Source: an uncultured Thermoplasmatales archaeon | GTDB taxonomy: Archaea; Thermoplasmatota; E2; UBA202; DSCA01 | Reading direction: 5' to 3' | Assembly: GCA_964514975.1 (NCBI GenBank) | Contig: CAZESS010000001.1 | Location: forward strand, 35,736-99,735 | Length of the DNA stretch: 64,000 bases | Shown here: positions 59,236 through 64,000 of the stretch, in pieces | How the letters are laid out: the number at the start of each line of letters is the position of its first letter | Numbering within the stretch: position 1 is the first letter of the stretch | The notes under the pieces: model-generated | Databases searched by the model: none | Told to the model about the DNA's origin: nothing | The model's input: the letters and a program-made list of their open reading frames with translations, nothing else | Program-made: the position numbers and the translations under genes

Positions 59236-60071
59236 GCGTCACCGTCTTCGCGCCCGGCCACGTCACCGGCCTGTTCGAGATATGCAGCGCCGTCGACCCG
59301 GCCATGGCTGGCTCCCGCGGCGCCGGCATCTGTCTCTCCCGCGGCGCCACAAGCATTGTTGCGCCGCATGCATCCAGGACGACGGTGACGGTCAACGGCA
59401 AACCGGGCGGCGAGGTCACCCGGGATGCCATCCGCGAGCTCATCAGGCATCATGTCGCGGCGGAGATAACGCTTGAGCTGCCGCAGTCCCAGGGCTTCGG
59501 GATGAGCGCTGCCGGGACGCTGGCGACGACGCTCGCCGTGGCAGACCTGTACGGCCTTTCCCGGGCGGCGGCGGTGCGGGCGGCCCATGTCGCGGAGGTC
59601 CGGCATATGACGGGGCTCGGCGACGTCGTTCCCGCCGCCGTCGGAGGCATCGAGATACGGATGACATCGGGAGCCGAGGGAGCCATCCGTCACATCCATG
59701 GCGAGGGCGAGATGGTCGTCGCCACGGTTGGCCCGGAGCTCCGGACCGCACGGGTGCTCCAAGACGCGGAGACGCGAGATGAGATAACCAGTGTCGGCCG
59801 TCGCTGTATGGAGAGCCTGCTCGTCCAGCCGTCGCTTGAGCACCTGTTCACGCTGTCACGCCGCTTCGCCATGGAGACCGGCCTGCTGTCCGACAGGGTG
59901 CAGCAGGCGCTGGATGCCGTCGCGCCATATGGCATGGCGTCGATGTGCATGCTTGGCAACGCCGTGTTTGCGATGGGGGACACCGACGCCCTGGTCAACG
60001 TGCTGTCACGTCACGGCGATGTCTGGGTGTGCGACATCGACCGGCGGGGTGCCCGCCTGCTCGAGAAATAG
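59232..60071 (+). CDS. Pantoate kinase (archaeal GHMP family)
   Basis: FAPGHVTGLF, GSRGAG, P.SQGFGMSAA, AH.AEV...TGLGDV, M.MLG..VF; follows coaBC. Confidence 0.9.
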   Translation: MSVTVFAPGHVTGLFEICSAVDPAMAGSRGAGICLSRGATSIVAPHASRTTVTVNGKPGGEVTRDAIRELIRHHVAAEITLELPQSQGFGMSAAGTLATTLAVADLYGLSRAAAVRAAHVAEVRHMTGLGDVVPAAVGGIEIRMTSGAEGAIRHIHGEGEMVVATVGPELRTARVLQDAETRDEITSVGRRCMESLLVQPSLEHLFTLSRRFAMETGLLSDRVQQALDAVAPYGMASMCMLGNAVFAMGDTDALVNVLSRHGDVWVCDIDRRGARLLEK

Positions 60072-60106
60072 GCAACGTTTTTATAGAAACATGTCATCAT
60101 GGTGAC

Positions 60107-60292
60107 ATGGACATATCCATTCTCGGCGTGCACATTCCGCTCTGGCTGCTGTTCCTCATCATCATCCTGGTGCTGTTCATCGGCTGGAAGCTCATCAAGT
60201 TCGCGGTAAAACTGCTCATCATCCTTGTGCTCATATTTGGCATCCTGCTCATCGGCGACCTCGTCTGGCCGGTCCTGTCATCGTGGCTCTAG
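60107..60292 (+). CDS. Small hydrophobic membrane protein
   Basis: 61 aa with two hydrophobic helices; TTTATA about 28 nt upstream. Confidence 0.6.
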   Translation: MDISILGVHIPLWLLFLIIILVLFIGWKLIKFAVKLLIILVLIFGILLIGDLVWPVLSSWL

Positions 60293-60328
60293 CGTAAACC
60301 TTTATACTGCCAGCTCTTTTTTTCGTCC

Positions 60329-61498
60329 ATGTTGCTCATCAAAGACGCCGGCGAGATATTTCTCCCGGACGGCTGCGCCAAAGATGTCTCCGTTCTCATC
60401 GGCGACGGACGGATACAGGACATCGGCAGCGACCTCGACGCCGGCGACGCAGACGTCATCGACGCCACCGGCAAAACGGTGCTGCCAGGATTCGTTGACT
60501 GCCACACCCATGCGGTGTTCGCCGGCGCCCGGGAATTCGAGCTCGACATGAAGCTCAAAGGCGCCTCCTACCAGGAGATAGCAGAGCAGGGCGGCGGCAT
60601 CGGCTACACCGTCCGGCATACCCGTGATGCCTCAAAAAAGGAGCTCATCGAGCAATCCCGCCATCGTCTCGACCGGATGCTCCGTCATGGCACCACCACC
60701 GCGGAGATAAAAAGCGGCTACGGTCTCGACACCGCCACCGAGCTCAAAATACTCGATGTCGCCCAACATCTCGGCGACGACCACGCAGTCGATATCGTCC
60801 CCACATTTCTCGGGGCACATGCCATCCCCGGAGGCATGGACAAAGAAGACTACATCCAACTCGTCATCGAGGACATGATACCCCGGGTCGCCGAACAGGG
60901 GCTGGCGGTCTTCTGCGACGTCTTCTGCGAAAAGGGCTACTTCACCCCCGACGAAACGAGGCGTATCCTCACGGCAGGCATCAAGCACGGCCTCACGCCC
61001 AAAATACATGCAGACGAGTTCACCGACATCGGCGGTGCAGCGCTGGCGGCCGAGCTCAACGCAGCCAGTGCAGACCATCTCCTCATGGCCTCCCGGGAGG
61101 GCATCGAGGCGATGGCCCATGCAGGCGTGGTTCCGGTGCTGCTGCCCGCGGTGCCGTTTTCCATGATGCAGGAGCGCTACGCCAATGCCCGGGGGATGCT
61201 CACCGAGGGGCTCCCCGTTGCCCTGGCCACCGACCTCAATCCCAACTGCTGGACGGAAAACATGCAGCTCGTCATCCAGCTCGCCTGCTTCCAGATGGGC
61301 ATGACCCCGCGGGAAGCCATCGAAGGAGCGACGATCAACGCGGCGCGCGCCATCGACTGTGCGGAACAGATTGGCAGCATCGAAATCGGCAAGCAGGCGG
61401 ACCTCCTCGTCATCAACGCGCCCTCGCACCGCTATCTTCCATACCATTTCGGCGTCAACCTCGTAGAGACGGTCATCAAGACCGGAGCCGTTGTATGA
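60329..61498 (+). CDS. hutI: Imidazolonepropionase
   Basis: PGFVDCHTH, Y.EI...GGGI, GTTT.EIKSGYGL, FLGAH, DVFCE, HADE, SADHL, ATD.NP. Confidence 0.95.
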   Translation: MLLIKDAGEIFLPDGCAKDVSVLIGDGRIQDIGSDLDAGDADVIDATGKTVLPGFVDCHTHAVFAGAREFELDMKLKGASYQEIAEQGGGIGYTVRHTRDASKKELIEQSRHRLDRMLRHGTTTAEIKSGYGLDTATELKILDVAQHLGDDHAVDIVPTFLGAHAIPGGMDKEDYIQLVIEDMIPRVAEQGLAVFCDVFCEKGYFTPDETRRILTAGIKHGLTPKIHADEFTDIGGAALAAELNAASADHLLMASREGIEAMAHAGVVPVLLPAVPFSMMQERYANARGMLTEGLPVALATDLNPNCWTENMQLVIQLACFQMGMTPREAIEGATINAARAIDCAEQIGSIEIGKQADLLVINAPSHRYLPYHFGVNLVETVIKTGAVV

Positions 61499-62121
61499 GC
61501 GCCGTCGCGCTGCTCTCCGGGGGCATCGATTCACCGGTGGCGCTCTACATCATGGCCCGGCGGATGGACTGTACCGCCCTGTTCATGGACACCTATCCCT
61601 TCATGGAGGAGCCACCGGGCAAAATACATGCCCTCGTCCGGCAGGTCATGCATGTAGCCGATGCATCCATCCCGCTCTACACGGCTCCCTTTGGCCGGCT
61701 CGTGCAGCAGGAGATACGGCGGCATGCGACACCCCGGTTCCGCTGCCTGCTCTGCAAGCGCATGATGTACCAGGTGGCGGCGGCGCTAGCTCAACAACGG
61801 GGTGCGGACATCCTGGTCACCGGTGAAAACCTGGGGCAGGTGGCCTCCCAGACCCTGTCCAACCTGGCGGTGCTCGACGACGCGGTAGCGATGCCGGTCG
61901 TCCGGCCGCTCATCGGTCTCGACAAGCAGGAAATCATCGAGATAGCGGAGCGCATCGGGACCTATGAGCATTCCATCGCCGGCGATGCCTCCTGCAGCCT
62001 TGTGCCCCGGCAGCCGGCGACCATGTCGAAGCGCGCTGCGCTCAGGGATGAAGAGACGAAGCTGGACGTCCGGCCGCTCGTTGCAGCCACGATGGAGCAG
62101 ATGACGCAAGAGAAACTTTAA
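61495..62121 (+). CDS. ThiI-like PP-loop sulfurtransferase, catalytic domain only
   Basis: LLSGGIDSPVA, CLLCKRMM, TGENLGQVASQT..NL, RPLIGLDK.EI...A..IGT; no THUMP domain. Confidence 0.85.
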   Translation: MSAVALLSGGIDSPVALYIMARRMDCTALFMDTYPFMEEPPGKIHALVRQVMHVADASIPLYTAPFGRLVQQEIRRHATPRFRCLLCKRMMYQVAAALAQQRGADILVTGENLGQVASQTLSNLAVLDDAVAMPVVRPLIGLDKQEIIEIAERIGTYEHSIAGDASCSLVPRQPATMSKRAALRDEETKLDVRPLVAATMEQMTQEKL

Positions 62122-62147
62122 AAAATACGCCTCCATTACCCCACGTT

Positions 62148-62221
62148 GGGCTCTTGGTCTAGCTGGTTATGACGTCGCCTTGACATGGCGGAGGTCCTGG
62201 GTTCAAATCCCAGAGAGCCCA
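62148..62221 (+). tRNA. tRNA-Val(GAC)
   Basis: Acceptor GGGCTCT/AGAGCCC, anticodon arm TCGCC-TTGACAT-GGCGG, T-arm CTGGG-TTCAAAT-CCCAG; no encoded CCA. Confidence 0.95.
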
Positions 62222-62233
62222 TTCCCACATCAT

Positions 62234-62318
62234 GCAGGGGTAGCCAAGCCAGGTTAACGGCGCAAGGTTCAGGGCCTTGTCCTGCAGAGGTCCAAGGGTT
62301 CGAATCCCTTCCCCTGCA
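62234..62318 (+). tRNA. tRNA-Leu(CAG)
   Basis: Acceptor GCAGGGG/CCCCTGC, anticodon arm CAAGG-TTCAGGG-CCTTG, long variable arm, T-loop TTCGAAT. Confidence 0.95.
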
Positions 62319-62375
62319 TTTTTATCCGGGAAAAATGGCAAGTGTTAAGAAACAACCCGGCGTTGCAGTACCATT

Positions 62376-63392
62376 ATGGACCTCGACGACCCTGAGGGCA
62401 TGACATCGCTCGACCCGTCCGGCATGCTCGATGAAACGGCGGCGTTTCCCGACCACATAGCTGACGCTATAAGGCTGGGCGCAGACCCGGCTGTCAGGGA
62501 TACGATAAACGCCATCCTTTTCGTGGGCATGGGCGGCTCGGCCATCGGCGGCGAGCTCGTACAGCAGTTGTTCGTCGACAGCTGTACCATACCGATAATG
62601 GTACATCGGGGATACGAGCTGCCTGCATGGGCTGACGAAAAAACGCTCGTCGTAGCGACCAGTTACAGTGGCAACACCGCCGAAACCATCTCATGTTTCA
62701 GGGAGGCACTGAAGCGCGGCTGCACGACGGTCTCTATATCCTCCAACGGCATGCTCGAGGAGCTTTCCGGTAGCAGCGACTGCCACATCGCAATCCCGCA
62801 GGGTATGCAGCCCCGGGCGGCGCTCGCCTATCTCATGCTGCCGCCGCTGAAAATCATGGAGCAACATGGCCTCGTTGCGCTCCCCGACATGGAGCAGGTC
62901 GCCGGCGAGGTCAGGGAGTATAGCGAGCATCTGAACCCGGATGTTCCGTCCGTGGACAACCCGGCGAAGCAGCTCGCTACCAGTACCCGGGGAATGCCCG
63001 CCATCTATGGCCATGGATACCTTGGAGCCGTGGCGACGCGATGGCGGCAGCAGTTCAACGAGAACGCGAAGATGGCCGCCGCAGATTACGCGGTGCCGGA
63101 GGCAAACCACAACGAGCTCATGTCGTGGGTCGACGGGCAGCGGGATGTCACCTGTATTTTTCTCCGCCAGCCCGACGAGCCCGATGCTATCGCCAGGCGC
63201 ATCGACTACATGGCGGAAATATATGGGCGGCATGCCCGGGTGGAGGAGATAACGGCCCATGGCCAGAGCCATCTCGCCCGCATGCTTTGCATGGTGTATC
63301 TCGGCGACTGGGTCAGCGTCTACCTGGCGCTCCGCCGCGACGTCGATCCCACGCCGGTGTCGCTTATCGAGGCGTTGAAGCAACGATTGTGA
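62376..63392 (+). CDS. Bifunctional phosphoglucose/phosphomannose isomerase
   Basis: GMGGSAIGG, SYSGNT.ET, QPRAA, N.AK.LA, RW..QFNENAK, PE.NHNE, GD..S.YLA....DPTPV. Confidence 0.93.
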   Translation: MDLDDPEGMTSLDPSGMLDETAAFPDHIADAIRLGADPAVRDTINAILFVGMGGSAIGGELVQQLFVDSCTIPIMVHRGYELPAWADEKTLVVATSYSGNTAETISCFREALKRGCTTVSISSNGMLEELSGSSDCHIAIPQGMQPRAALAYLMLPPLKIMEQHGLVALPDMEQVAGEVREYSEHLNPDVPSVDNPAKQLATSTRGMPAIYGHGYLGAVATRWRQQFNENAKMAAADYAVPEANHNELMSWVDGQRDVTCIFLRQPDEPDAIARRIDYMAEIYGRHARVEEITAHGQSHLARMLCMVYLGDWVSVYLALRRDVDPTPVSLIEALKQRL

Positions 63393-63421
63393 TGTGATCA
63401 GCACTCAAGATCTTCATCACT

Positions 63422-63493
63422 GAACCCTTTCTTTTAAAAAGAAAGCGTTTCATCGGAAAGAAACGTCCGGGCTTCCCCTCAAAGAAAGGGTTC
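63422..63493. repeat. Intergenic 13-bp perfect inverted repeat with nested palindrome
   Basis: GAACCCTTTCTTT (63422-63434) / AAAGAAAGGGTTC (63481-63493). Confidence 0.7.
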
Positions 63494-63603
63494 TCAGCAA
63501 GGGTTCGCTCATCACAGCCATACAATGCCCCCGGCATTTTATAATTGTTTCTGCGCCATCGCTCAAACTATTTATATCGACGCATCCTTAACAGCACTGG
63601 CGT

Positions 63604-64000
63604 ATGCAATCCCTCCTTAACCCCCGGATGGTCTACCAGTTGCTCAAGGGATATCTCCGGGACAAGGACCGGGTGTGGCGGGCCAGCCGGGAGGAGTTCC
63701 GGCGGCTGCAGGACCGGGCGCTGCGCCGTATGGCTCGCTACGCCTACGAGGTCCCGCTCTACCGGCAGAAATACCGGGAGGCAGGAGTGCACCCCGACGA
63801 CATCGCGGGCATCGCGGACATCAAACGGCTGCCCTCTGTCTCCAAGGACGACCTCCGCCGGCATTTCCCGGACGGCATCGTGCACCCCCGTTTCAGGCGG
63901 GACAGGGGGAACCTGGTGAGCACCTCGGGGTCGACCGGCCAGCCGGTGTCGCTGTACACCGATACCTCGGCGGTCATCACCGCCCTCCTCGGCTTTTTGC
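63604..64000 (+). CDS. Phenylacetate-CoA ligase (PaaK/CapK)-like protein, truncated by the window end
   Basis: My translation from ATG 63604: ...LQDRALRRMARYAYEVPLYRQKY...LP..SKDDLR...STSGSTGQP; open to the end of the window. Confidence 0.85.
   Translation, partial: MQSLLNPRMVYQLLKGYLRDKDRVWRASREEFRRLQDRALRRMARYAYEVPLYRQKYREAGVHPDDIAGIADIKRLPSVSKDDLRRHFPDGIVHPRFRRDRGNLVSTSGSTGQPVSLYTDTSAVITALLGFL

Noticed and set aside
61495-62121. QueC (preQ0 synthase) completing the queuosine pathway
   Set aside because: The motifs (GENLGQVASQT, RPLIGLDK) are ThiI-specific, and the QueC C-terminal CxxCxxC zinc site is absent.
62148-62375. tRNA-targeted integrated element or tRNA introns
   Set aside because: There is no integrase or duplicated tRNA 3' end in the window, and both tRNAs fold without introns.

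Overview
This is a GC-rich archaeal chromosomal segment. PolD large subunit, aRF1, FEN1, pantoate kinase, PGI/PMI and a PGF-CTERM-like tail all point to an archaeon; a Thermoplasmatota-type lineage is my inference and is unverified. It holds about 48 CDS (the last truncated) and two tRNAs, Val(GAC) and Leu(CAG). I found no CRISPR array, integrase or transposase. Seven things stand out. (1) A CdvA-like (PRC-barrel + coiled-coil)-PAS-HisKA fusion is coupled to a stand-alone receiver directly upstream of polC. Two more HisKA proteins lacking the ATP-binding domain lie downstream. (2) A type IV pilus/T2SS motor-platform operon is followed by a Roadblock protein, a KaiC-like/MglA-like GTPase fusion and a second KaiC-like protein. 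(3) A LuxE-type acyl-protein synthetase is paired with a transglutaminase-fold protein whose His/acid positions appear swapped. (4) Three giant tandem beta-helix surface proteins share a mosaic 852-bp C-terminal cassette and internal modules. (5) A bacterial-type queuosine pair, queA-tgt, is embedded in an archaeal operon. (6) A CitD-CitE fusion lacks the carrier serine. (7) A ThiI lacks its THUMP domain. All family calls come from manual motif recognition; no searches were run.
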